Shown here: piece after piece, positions 19,074 to 27,944 of the stretch
Numbering within the stretch: the stretch's first letter is position 1
How the letters are laid out: each line of letters starts with the position of its first letter
Origin: an uncultured Verrucomicrobiota bacterium
GTDB taxonomy: Bacteria; Verrucomicrobiota; Verrucomicrobiia; Palsa-1439
NCBI GenBank assembly: GCA_964487175.1
Contig: CAZAQZ010000001.1
Location: 1 to 35,645 of the forward strand
Reading direction: 5' to 3'
Length of the DNA: 35,645 nucleotides
Notes under the pieces: generated by a model
What the model saw: the letters and a program-made list of their open reading frames with translations, nothing else
Database searches by the model: none
What the model was told of the DNA's origin: nothing
Made by a program: the position numbers and the translations under genes

Positions 19074-19939
19074 TCGAACGTTCCAACTACCGTAACACGC
19101 TCGTTGAGTCCAAGGAGTTATACTCCCCGTTGCCACTGACCGAAAGGTTGCTGGATGGGCTGATCGATCAACAACGGGCCGTTCCGACTCGCGATCCTTT
19201 GCTGCAGCTCAAACGGGTCTATTGGCGCTGGCTGACGCTGAAGACATTCGTGGCGGATTTTCGAAACCACTGGCTCGCTCCCTCGTACTCGCAGGAAGGT
19301 GAGGACGGCATCCTTAAGCGGGCGTTTGCGGGTCAACGAACCGGCTTCTTCGTGGACATTGGGGCGCACCATCCCAAACGGTATTCCAACACGTATTACT
19401 TTTATTTGTACGGCTGGAGAGGCATCAATGTTGATCCCTTGCCGGGAACCATGCAGATGTTCAACCAGGTCAGGCCGCGCGACATCAATATCGAGGCCGC
19501 CGTCGCCAACGGTAATGCGTCGCTTACGTATTACGAGTTTGATGAGCCGACGTTGAATGGGTTTTCGAAGGAAATCTCGGAGAACCGGCATGAAAACGGC
19601 CCATATAAGATCGTCAACGAACGCAAAGTGCAGACTCAGAAGCTCTCCGAGATTCTCGATCGCCATCTGCCTCCGGGTCAAAAGATCGATTTCCTGAACA
19701 TAGACGTTGAGGGGTTCGACCTCGAAGTGTTGCAATCCAACGATTGGGAAAAGTATCAACCGACCATTGTGCTGGCGGAGGATCTGTGTTTGACGGACCT
19801 GCGTCATATAGACCAATCGCCTGTCGCATGTCTTATGCAGCAGCACGGTTACGAGCTTTATGGCAAGGCAGTGAACACGCTTATCTTCCGAAAAATCGGC
19901 CGGCCGCTGCCGTACGAACGCAACGCAAAGTTCGAGTAA
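19070..19939 (+). CDS. FkbM-family SAM-dependent methyltransferase
   Basis: Motifs GFFVDIGAHHPKRYSNT and IDFLNIDVEGFDLEVLQS are typical of the FkbM family (TIGR01444-like). ATGA overlap with the upstream GT2. Confidence 0.8.
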   Translation: MIERSNYRNTLVESKELYSPLPLTERLLDGLIDQQRAVPTRDPLLQLKRVYWRWLTLKTFVADFRNHWLAPSYSQEGEDGILKRAFAGQRTGFFVDIGAHHPKRYSNTYYFYLYGWRGINVDPLPGTMQMFNQVRPRDINIEAAVANGNASLTYYEFDEPTLNGFSKEISENRHENGPYKIVNERKVQTQKLSEILDRHLPPGQKIDFLNIDVEGFDLEVLQSNDWEKYQPTIVLAEDLCLTDLRHIDQSPVACLMQQHGYELYGKAVNTLIFRKIGRPLPYERNAKFE

Positions 19940-19967
19940 CCAGTCCGTTTCACTTCCTCAATTTGTC

Positions 19968-20945
19968 ATGAACCTGGCGTACATAATCACCGCGCACAAG
20001 AATCCCGACCAACTGGCGCGCCTCATCGAGCGGCTTAACACCGAGGGCGCGACGTTTCTTGTGCACATCGACAAGGGGGCGAACGCCCAGATGTATGGCC
20101 GGATGGTGGATGGCGTGCGGCATTTATCGAACGTCCATTTCATGCAGAAAAGATTCAAGTGCCACTACATGACACTGTTCAGCGCGGTGCAGGCGGTGGT
20201 GCAGGGCATCGGAGAGATCTTGGATAGGAAAGTCGCATTTGACTACCTCGTTTATGTGACGGGGCAGGATTATCCGATCAAGACTAATGCGCAGATCAAG
20301 TCGTTTCTGGAGAATGCGACAGGGAAATCGTACATGGCGTCCATGCCATTGCCGTTTGAGGGCAGGCATCCCACCGGTGGGAGGATCGTGCAGAATGCCG
20401 CGCGAATCGAACACTGGCACTTCCATTTGTTTAATCGCTATGTGCGCGTGCCATTTCGCGGGGGGGCGCTTTGGGCGCGCATCCTGAACCGGTTGCTTCC
20501 AAATAAGCGCACGTTTCCGGCTGGATTCAAACCGTACGGCGGTTGGGCGTATTGGTGTCTTACCCGGCAGCACGTGGAGTACGTTTACAGTTTTACAAAG
20601 TCGAACCCTGCGTTCGTGCGATTCTTCAGGTATGTAAAGTCGGCGGACGAAGTCATTTTTCAGACGATGCTGTTGAATTCGCCATTCAAGGATGAAATCG
20701 TGAACGATGACCTGCGCTACGTGGATTGGTCGTCGGATGATTGCCATCCTCAGGTGTTGCGCAAGGATGATATCGGCAAGCTCATCGGGTCAGACCGTTT
20801 ATTTGCGAGGAAATTTGACGTCACGGTGGATGCGGAAATCCTGGATTCGATCGACGAACGAATCCTGAAGATCATCCCCGACCGGACGGGTCACGGCGTT
20901 GAGACCCGGAAGGAAGCAGCACCGAAGGCTTGCTGCTCGGCGTAA
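19968..20945 (+). CDS. GT14-like (core-2/I-branching enzyme family) glycosyltransferase
   Basis: The N-terminus LAYIITAHKNPDQLARLIERLN...FLVHIDKG matches the pattern of bacterial Branch-domain beta-1,6-GlcNAc-transferase-like proteins. Assigned by motif resemblance only. Confidence 0.7.
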   Translation: MNLAYIITAHKNPDQLARLIERLNTEGATFLVHIDKGANAQMYGRMVDGVRHLSNVHFMQKRFKCHYMTLFSAVQAVVQGIGEILDRKVAFDYLVYVTGQDYPIKTNAQIKSFLENATGKSYMASMPLPFEGRHPTGGRIVQNAARIEHWHFHLFNRYVRVPFRGGALWARILNRLLPNKRTFPAGFKPYGGWAYWCLTRQHVEYVYSFTKSNPAFVRFFRYVKSADEVIFQTMLLNSPFKDEIVNDDLRYVDWSSDDCHPQVLRKDDIGKLIGSDRLFARKFDVTVDAEILDSIDERILKIIPDRTGHGVETRKEAAPKACCSA

Positions 20946-21005
20946 AGAGAAAGCAAGGATTTGAGGGGATGCAACCAGAGAGGGAGGACGTGAGGAGTAT
21001 GAGAA

Positions 21006-22043
21006 ATGCAAGGCCGGGTATTTGCGGGCCGTTCTTCTCGGACCAGAGACAATGGGCATCCCGTTGATGTTTCAGTAATCATTTGCACGTACAATCGATC
21101 AGAGAGTTTGCGACGGACGTTGCAGGCGTTCTGCGATCTCGAGATCCCGCGCAACGTGACCTGGGAGTTATTGGTGGTGGATAATAACTCCAGGGACGCC
21201 ACGCGCGCGGTCTGCAGCGACTTCGCGGCGAGACTCCCGTTGCGCTACCTGTTTGAAGCGTCGCAGGGACAAAACAACGCCCTGAACCGCGGTGTCGAAG
21301 AGGCCGAGGCGGATTTATTGCTGTTCACGGACGACGATGTGGACGTGGAACCGCAGTGGCTGGTGAGTTTCCTGAATGTCGCCAGGCGATATCCGGCTGT
21401 GAGTTTCTTTGGCGGGAAAGTCATTCCACGTTGGGAGTGTGCGCCTCCACAATGGCTAAGCGAGAACGCAAACTCATTGCTTCGTCATGTGGCGACAGCA
21501 TTTGAAATGGGTGAATCAGAAGTGTTCGTGACTGCCTCCGATTGTGTATTCTACGGAGCCAATCTTGCCATTCGCAAGCAGGCGTTCCTGGGGACAACGA
21601 AATTTCGTCCCGACCTCGGGCCGTGCGGCGTGGGACAGGTCCGTGGCGGGGAAACGGCGCTGCTGCGGGAATTGCTGGCTGATGGCCATAAGGGGTTATA
21701 CGTGCCTTCGATGGCCGTGTACCATCGAAACACGTCCTCCCGTATGACCGAATCATATGTGCGCGCCTATTATCACGGGGCCGGTGTTACGGAAGTGCGC
21801 ATGAACGAATCGCGAAATGGTCACAAGGCTTTCCTGGGTGCGCCGAGATACCTTTGGTTGAAGCTGACGAAACATGCGCTTCAGTACGCGATGTTTCGCT
21901 GGACGCGGCCATCTGCGGTCTGGTTGCGGGCGGAAATCGAGATGGCGACCAGCTGGGGCCGGATCACGGAGTTGCGCCGGCTCCATAAGCAAGCGGATGA
22001 TCAACTTGTGGGTGAAGCTCAGGTCCACACAGCCCGGGTGTAA
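21006..22043 (+). CDS. Glycosyltransferase family 2
   Basis: GT-A signature VSVIICTYNRSESLRRTL...LLVVDNNSRDAT and DxD motif FTDDDVD. Confidence 0.85.
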   Translation: MQGRVFAGRSSRTRDNGHPVDVSVIICTYNRSESLRRTLQAFCDLEIPRNVTWELLVVDNNSRDATRAVCSDFAARLPLRYLFEASQGQNNALNRGVEEAEADLLLFTDDDVDVEPQWLVSFLNVARRYPAVSFFGGKVIPRWECAPPQWLSENANSLLRHVATAFEMGESEVFVTASDCVFYGANLAIRKQAFLGTTKFRPDLGPCGVGQVRGGETALLRELLADGHKGLYVPSMAVYHRNTSSRMTESYVRAYYHGAGVTEVRMNESRNGHKAFLGAPRYLWLKLTKHALQYAMFRWTRPSAVWLRAEIEMATSWGRITELRRLHKQADDQLVGEAQVHTARV

Positions 22044-23487
22044 TTTGCACGATTCTTTGAGAACTAAAACGAAACCGGCAATCGTCATTTCCATCCCGTT
22101 GGTTTGGGGAGTGCGCAATATTCTGCGCTCCGGACTGTACGCGGAGTTGTCGAACCATTTCCGGGTCATCATCGCCGCCCCGGAGGAAGGACAACAGGAT
22201 TTGTTGCGGGACGGGATTCCCATTGATGACTTGTGGTTTCTTGATCATCCCAAGGAAACGGCGCGCCACGCCCGGCTCATGAAAACCCTGAAGAGCGCGC
22301 ACGGCAGAATGCACCCGACTCCGTCCGATGAGATTTTCGGCCAGTGGAGCAAACAGAAGAGCAACGGGACAAACGGCAGTCTCCGCCACAAGACCGTCGA
22401 AGCGGTCTACAAGGGAGCCGGCTTGGTGGCTTCCAATCGCGCGCTGTTCCATTGGCTGGAGCAACGGGAAGACGAAGCTTATGAGCAGATGATCCCGCAA
22501 CGCACCTGGGACTTGCTGCGCAAGACGCAACCGGTGTTCGGATTGTCCACCAGCCATGTGATCAACTGGGAATGGTCGCTGTTCCGCGCCATGCACGCGC
22601 TCGCTATTCCGATCGCGACTCACGTGTTGTCCTTCGACAACCTGACCGCCCGGGGCTTCATCCCGACGAAGCATTTCGATCATTTCCTCGTCTGGCACGA
22701 AGCGATGGCCGATGAACTGAAGCGATTCTATGCCATTCCCGAAAGTCGGATCACGATCACGGGCACGCCGCAATTCGATTTTCACGTCCGTGATGAGTTC
22801 CGTTGGTCGCGGGAACAGACCGCCAAGACATTAGGACTCGATCCACGCCGTCCGTATTTTCTGCATTGCGCGAACCATCACGCCATGACGCCCGGCGAAC
22901 CGGAATTGGTCGCCGCCGTCGTGCGTGAAGCGTCCACGGATGCCCGGTTTCAGAAGCACCAATGGGTCATTCGTCTGCATCCGCTCGACGATTACAGACG
23001 ATGGGAATCCCTGGCGCAACAATTCGACAACGTCCGCATTAGCCAGCCTTGGACGCAGGTCCAGGGTGAGGCATGCTGGGCGGCGCCGTCCAGCGACGAA
23101 CTGGCGCGCCTGGCCAACACGCTCCGGTACGCCGATGCGACCATGACGATGGGATCGAGCACCGCGCTGGACAGCGCTGTGGTGGACACGCCGATCATTT
23201 GCGTCGGATTCCATCCGCGGACGGGATCAGCGGAGGACATCTTCTACCGCACGTCGCATTTTACGCATCATTACAGCCCCATTATGGAAAGCAACGCGGC
23301 ACCGCTGGCGCTTACCATGACGGAACTCATGGATCATCTCGGTCAGGCGGTTGCCCATCGCAGCGCGTTGCACGAACAGCGCGTGCGCCTGGTTGCCAAG
23401 GTCTGCGGCCAGGTGGATGGCAAGGCGGCTGACCGCATCGCCGAAACGGTCATTCAATTTGTTCATGCGCAATCCAACCATCATTAA
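21997..23487 (+). CDS. Unassigned GT-B-like transferase (TagF-like or CMP-ulosonate-transferase-like; function uncertain)
   Basis: The ORF is clean and ~500 aa. An N-terminal lobe starts at KPAIVISIP, followed by ITGTPQFDFH (like the GxPxxD of TagF-type enzymes). The second lobe has VIRLHPLDDY and TMGSSTALDSAVVDTPIICVG. The start is ambiguous: ATG 21997 (47-nt overlap with the previous gene), or TTG 22045/22057 just after the upstream stop. Confidence 0.6.
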   Translation: MINLWVKLRSTQPGCNLHDSLRTKTKPAIVISIPLVWGVRNILRSGLYAELSNHFRVIIAAPEEGQQDLLRDGIPIDDLWFLDHPKETARHARLMKTLKSAHGRMHPTPSDEIFGQWSKQKSNGTNGSLRHKTVEAVYKGAGLVASNRALFHWLEQREDEAYEQMIPQRTWDLLRKTQPVFGLSTSHVINWEWSLFRAMHALAIPIATHVLSFDNLTARGFIPTKHFDHFLVWHEAMADELKRFYAIPESRITITGTPQFDFHVRDEFRWSREQTAKTLGLDPRRPYFLHCANHHAMTPGEPELVAAVVREASTDARFQKHQWVIRLHPLDDYRRWESLAQQFDNVRISQPWTQVQGEACWAAPSSDELARLANTLRYADATMTMGSSTALDSAVVDTPIICVGFHPRTGSAEDIFYRTSHFTHHYSPIMESNAAPLALTMTELMDHLGQAVAHRSALHEQRVRLVAKVCGQVDGKAADRIAETVIQFVHAQSNHH

Positions 23488-24517
23488 CAGCCGGTCAGCA
23501 GGCAGCACCGGCGGGAAGGGGAACGCGTTTCACTTCGAACCGATCACGTCTTCCAATGTGGAAACCGTGGCCGAATTGCTTCAGGAACGCAACGACACGA
23601 TGCGTTCCTACACCCGGTGGAAGTACGCGCAGAAGCCGGACGCCGATTTCAAAGGCGTCATTGCCGAACGCGACGGTGTGCCGGTTGGTTGCTTTGGACT
23701 GGTCGTGCGTGATTTGGTGCTGCCCGATTGCCGGCGGATGCGCTGCGGCTGGTTTGCCGATTGGTATGTGACGACCCGTGTGCGGGCCGGTGGACTGGGG
23801 ACGGAGATGTTGCGCGAGATTTCGAAGAACTATCCAATCGTGTTTGGTCATCCGGCCCCGGAGAAAGCGCGCAAGATTTGCCTCGCCAACGGATATCGCC
23901 CCATCGGGTTTCAGTCGCGCCGGCGACTGGTGTTCGACCGGTTCGTTTACGAGCGGGCGCGCACGAGATATTCGGTGAAAGCGGTTGCCAATTTGCTGTT
24001 CGGTGTCCAACGCAGTGCTGGGGTGAAGCTCGCGGCATTGTCGGCAGGCCGTCGTAGCGACGGGAATGGTCATGCCTTGAAGCCATTCGCCCATTTTGCC
24101 GATGTGGAAGATCACACCACGTGGGTTTCACGTCAGCCGGTACGGCCCGATGCGTCGAGGAGAAACGGTCTATGGGAAACTATTGGTCTGCAGGTGTTTT
24201 TCGTCGATGATCTTGTGCCCGGATCCGGATTGCGGAGACGCATTCAATTCACCAAAGGCCACCGACAATTCTCGCGAGAGGCATGGAGACCATTCATCCG
24301 GGCGTGCCGCGACGCGGGTTGCGTTTATCTGGAATGTTTCACAACGAACCGCCTGCTCGACGGCGTGTGGGCAAGCTTTGGCGCATGGCGTCATCCGGAG
24401 GCTTCGGTGCTGGTGCACGGCCAGATAGATCTGACCGATAAGTTGTTCCTCCATGGATGGGACCGCGAAAACTGGACGTACCTGGCCGGTGGATCGTCCA
24501 ATGGCGAGGGCCGTTGA
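23465..24517 (+). CDS. Large GNAT-like (FemAB/Acetyltransf_6-like) acyltransferase, paralogue of 12421-13521
   Basis: Same layout as the first copy: an N-terminal region (FEPITSSNVETVAELL), a core CGWFADWYVTTRVRAGGLGTEMLREI, and a second lobe. ATG 23465 overlaps the upstream gene by 23 nt. Confidence 0.65.
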   Translation: MRNPTIINSRSAGSTGGKGNAFHFEPITSSNVETVAELLQERNDTMRSYTRWKYAQKPDADFKGVIAERDGVPVGCFGLVVRDLVLPDCRRMRCGWFADWYVTTRVRAGGLGTEMLREISKNYPIVFGHPAPEKARKICLANGYRPIGFQSRRRLVFDRFVYERARTRYSVKAVANLLFGVQRSAGVKLAALSAGRRSDGNGHALKPFAHFADVEDHTTWVSRQPVRPDASRRNGLWETIGLQVFFVDDLVPGSGLRRRIQFTKGHRQFSREAWRPFIRACRDAGCVYLECFTTNRLLDGVWASFGAWRHPEASVLVHGQIDLTDKLFLHGWDRENWTYLAGGSSNGEGR

Positions 24518-25521
24518 TGTCGAGCAACAAGAAAATGTCGATGATTTCTGACTCTCCAAGGGTTTCCGTTATCATTGCGAGTTACCGGCGGCAATCTCAT
24601 TTGTTGAAGGTACTGGATCAACTTGTCGCGCAGGATTATGAACCCACCGAAGTGTTCGTCGTGGATGCATCCCCAGTTGAAGAGCAGCTCTCCAATGCCC
24701 AGGTGGCCCACTATCCAAGGTGGCTCTCCTACGTGCGCTTTACTGAACGCGGTAACGCGTCGCGCCAGCGCAACACGGCTCTGAAACTGTGCGCGGGCGA
24801 CATCATTCTCTTTTTGGACGACGATGTGGAGTTTGGTCGTGACCTGATTGATCAGTACATCCGCGCGTTTCGTGAAACGGGCGCCGATGGGATCAACGGC
24901 ACGGTACTTGTGCCCAACGAACGGCCAAGCAACGCGCCGAAACTCGTCCACACCATTCCGATTCAATATCCCGGCGCTGCGAATTACCAGGCCTACGACG
25001 GCATCATCGAGACGCACGTCATTTGCAGCGCCAGTTTCGCGGCGACGCGTTCGTCACTTCTCACGGTGGGCGGTTTTGATGAACAATTGCACGGGTCCCG
25101 CGACGATGTCGATCTGGCGATCCGCATGATCAAGAAGGGTTTTCGGGTCATCCACCACAACGGGCCGTGCCTGCTGCACTTGATGGCACGCGGCAATGGG
25201 TCCCGCTCCCCCGAGATGGGGCGCGAATGGGCAACGGCCAATTTATTCTATTTCCAGTTTACGCACTATTGGCAACATCGCCGGGCGCTGCTGATGTGGC
25301 GGACGCTTTGGGATTACTGCCGTCCCTCCCGCCACTGGCTGGAACCCGCTGTCATCGCGCACCGATGGACGGGCGTGATTCGCGCATACCGGGTAGCGGT
25401 TCGCCGGGTCGATGAAGGACCGAAACTCTGCAATTCATCGAACGGAAATGGGTCTGGAGTCAAAGATTCAGCGCCTCTGATTGTCACGGAGCCCAGCGTT
25501 AAGGTGGCAAGCCATGGTTGA
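24517..25521 (+). CDS. Glycosyltransferase family 2
   Basis: GT-A signature VSVIIASYRRQSHLLKVLDQLVAQDY...VVDASP and DxD motif FLDDDVE. The start overlaps the upstream stop (TGATG). Confidence 0.85.
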   Translation: MSSNKKMSMISDSPRVSVIIASYRRQSHLLKVLDQLVAQDYEPTEVFVVDASPVEEQLSNAQVAHYPRWLSYVRFTERGNASRQRNTALKLCAGDIILFLDDDVEFGRDLIDQYIRAFRETGADGINGTVLVPNERPSNAPKLVHTIPIQYPGAANYQAYDGIIETHVICSASFAATRSSLLTVGGFDEQLHGSRDDVDLAIRMIKKGFRVIHHNGPCLLHLMARGNGSRSPEMGREWATANLFYFQFTHYWQHRRALLMWRTLWDYCRPSRHWLEPAVIAHRWTGVIRAYRVAVRRVDEGPKLCNSSNGNGSGVKDSAPLIVTEPSVKVASHG

Positions 25522-26728
25522 TTTCGCCACCGCATCGCCTGTGGATTATGAAGCGCTGACTCCCGCGACGGTGCCGATCCATATCGTGTTCCTATGCAAT
25601 GAATATCCGCCCGACCCGCATGGCGGGATCGGGAGTTTCACCCAGACGATGGCGCGGGCGCTGACAGCGCGTGGGCACAAGGTGACGGTGGTCGGTTTTT
25701 ATACTCGCAAACAGGAGTTGTGCGAGCGGGACAGCAACGTAACTGTCATCCGGTTGCCGCACACGCGCATCCCGGGTTCCGGTCTGATCACCAACGCAAA
25801 ACGCCTGGCGTGGGAATTGGAACGCATCCATGCCGAATCCGCCATTGATATCATCGAAGGCCCGGAAAACAGCATGGCGCTGGTGCCGAAGTCTTTCCCG
25901 GCCGCAAAAGTGATCCGGATGCACGGCGGGCACCACTTTTTCTTCACCACGCTCGGCAAGAAACCACGGCTGTTGCGAAGCTGGATTGAGAAACGGTCCT
26001 TCCGCAACGCCGACCACTTGTGCGGGGTCAGTAAATTCGTCGCGGAAACAACGCGCGATCTGCTGCATCTTGGCGACCGCCCGATTGAAGTTCTGCCGAA
26101 TGCCGTTAACGTGACCCAATTTCGTCCCCACCCCCATGTGGAGGAGGAGCGCGGGCTGATCGTGTTCGTCGGCACCGTGTGTGAGAAGAAAGGCATCATC
26201 CAATTGGTGCAGGCAATGGCCCAGATCGTCGGCGCCGTCCCGGAAGCGCATTTATGTGTTGTAGGACGTGATTCGATCGATCCGAAAACCGGCGGATCGT
26301 TTACCGAGCAGCTTCGCCAGTTAATGCCGTCGGAATTGAAATCGCACGTCGAGTTTCGCGGTCCGGTGGAACACGCCCTCATCCCGGAACTGCTCGCCAA
26401 GGCCGAGGTGCTCGTCTACCCGTCACATATGGAAGCCATCGGGATCGCATTAATCGAAGGATTGGCAATGGGCAAGGGGATGGTCATCGGCCATGCTGGC
26501 CCGGCGCCTGAGGTGGTCGAGAACGGCGTTTCGGGGCTTCTCTGCGATCCCTATTCGCCGGTCTCCATTGCTGATTCGGTGATCATGCTGCTGAAGGATC
26601 AACAATTGCGTAACCGGATGGGCGCGCGGGCGCGACAGCGGGCGGTGGATTTATTTTCGTTGGACACAATCGTGAAACGCAACGAGGCATTTTACCGGCG
26701 GTGTCTGGGCCGGAATGGTCATGAATAA
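25514..26728 (+). CDS. Glycosyltransferase family 4 (GT-B, Glycos_transf_1)
   Basis: N-terminal motif HIVFLCNEYPPDPHGGIGSF and an E-x7-E motif (EAIGIALIE), followed by ENGVSGLLCDP. I preferred ATG 25514 over the TTG at 25481. Confidence 0.88.
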   Translation: MVDFATASPVDYEALTPATVPIHIVFLCNEYPPDPHGGIGSFTQTMARALTARGHKVTVVGFYTRKQELCERDSNVTVIRLPHTRIPGSGLITNAKRLAWELERIHAESAIDIIEGPENSMALVPKSFPAAKVIRMHGGHHFFFTTLGKKPRLLRSWIEKRSFRNADHLCGVSKFVAETTRDLLHLGDRPIEVLPNAVNVTQFRPHPHVEEERGLIVFVGTVCEKKGIIQLVQAMAQIVGAVPEAHLCVVGRDSIDPKTGGSFTEQLRQLMPSELKSHVEFRGPVEHALIPELLAKAEVLVYPSHMEAIGIALIEGLAMGKGMVIGHAGPAPEVVENGVSGLLCDPYSPVSIADSVIMLLKDQQLRNRMGARARQRAVDLFSLDTIVKRNEAFYRRCLGRNGHE

Positions 26729-27944
26729 TCCCGAGCGACTTCTCATCGTGTCGCACGTGCTGCATTACCGGCATGAAGGAAAGCTGTATGCCTACGGACC
26801 GTATACTCGCGAGATCGACATCTGGGCTGACCTTTTTCCGCAGGTTGTCATTGCCTCACCTTGCCGCGACGAAAGACCACCGGGCGATTGCGTGCCGTTT
26901 ACGCGCCCCAACATTTCCATCACGCCACAGCGCGAAGCGGGAGGCGACAACCCACTCGCGAAATTCAAGCAGGTCGTACTGCTGCCCGTGATGATCCGGG
27001 ATCTTTGCCGGGCCATGCGGACGGCGGACGCGATTCACGTTCGCTTTCCCGGCAACCTCGGTCTGCTGGGCGCGTTGCTTGCGCCGCTGTACTCGCGCCA
27101 TCTGGTGGCAAAGTTTGCCGGTCAATGGAACGGCTATCCCGGCGAACGGCTCGCCTTGCGCCTGCAACGAGGCGTGCTTCGTTCCTGGTGGTGGCATGGC
27201 CCGGTTACGGTATACGGACAATGGCCGAACGAGCCGCCCCAGATCGTTCCATTTTTTACATCGATGATGACCGAAGACATGGTCGCGCGAGCGGCAGTCG
27301 TGGCGCAGACAAAGGAGATTAAGCAGCCACTGCGCGTTTTGTTTTCGGGTCGGTTGGCCAGGGAAAAGCGCGTGGATGCGCTGCTGGAGGCCGTGAAGAT
27401 TTTGGCGGATCGCGGTATTTGGCTTGAAGTGGTGCTGGTGGGCGGTGGCGTCGAGAACGCCAATCTGCGCCAACAGACAGAAAAACTCGGTCTTCAAGAT
27501 ATAGTGAAGTTTGCCGGGTCTCTCCCGTTCGAGGAGGGCCTGAAATGGTACGAGTGGGCCCATTGCCTGGTATTGCCGTCCGCGAATTCCGAAGGCTGGC
27601 CTAAAGTGATCGCGGAAGGCATGTGCTACGGCCTAGTTTGCATCGGGGTGGACCATGGTCAAGTGCCGCTGATGCTCAGGGACCGCGGGATTCTGCTGAA
27701 TTCCGGCACTCCGCAGGAGATTGCCGCCGCGCTGCAGCGGGTGGCGCAGCGGCCCGGGGATTTTAATGACATGAGGCGGAACGCGTCAATGTGGGCACGC
27801 CAGTACTCACTCGAGGGGTTGGGCGAGGCCTTGCGTGACCTGTTGAATCACCGCTGGGGAGTATTGCTGAATCCATCGGCTCCGCGGACGTCGAAGGTCG
27901 TGAGTCTTGCTTATGAAACAGATCGGTGTACTGCAAGTTTGTGA
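26715..27944 (+). CDS. Glycosyltransferase family 4 (GT-B)
   Basis: E-x7-E motif EGWPKVIAE in a C-terminal Rossmann lobe (LRVLFSGRLAREKRVDALLEAV). The start is ATG 26715 or 26721. Confidence 0.85.
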   Translation: MVMNNPERLLIVSHVLHYRHEGKLYAYGPYTREIDIWADLFPQVVIASPCRDERPPGDCVPFTRPNISITPQREAGGDNPLAKFKQVVLLPVMIRDLCRAMRTADAIHVRFPGNLGLLGALLAPLYSRHLVAKFAGQWNGYPGERLALRLQRGVLRSWWWHGPVTVYGQWPNEPPQIVPFFTSMMTEDMVARAAVVAQTKEIKQPLRVLFSGRLAREKRVDALLEAVKILADRGIWLEVVLVGGGVENANLRQQTEKLGLQDIVKFAGSLPFEEGLKWYEWAHCLVLPSANSEGWPKVIAEGMCYGLVCIGVDHGQVPLMLRDRGILLNSGTPQEIAAALQRVAQRPGDFNDMRRNASMWARQYSLEGLGEALRDLLNHRWGVLLNPSAPRTSKVVSLAYETDRCTASL

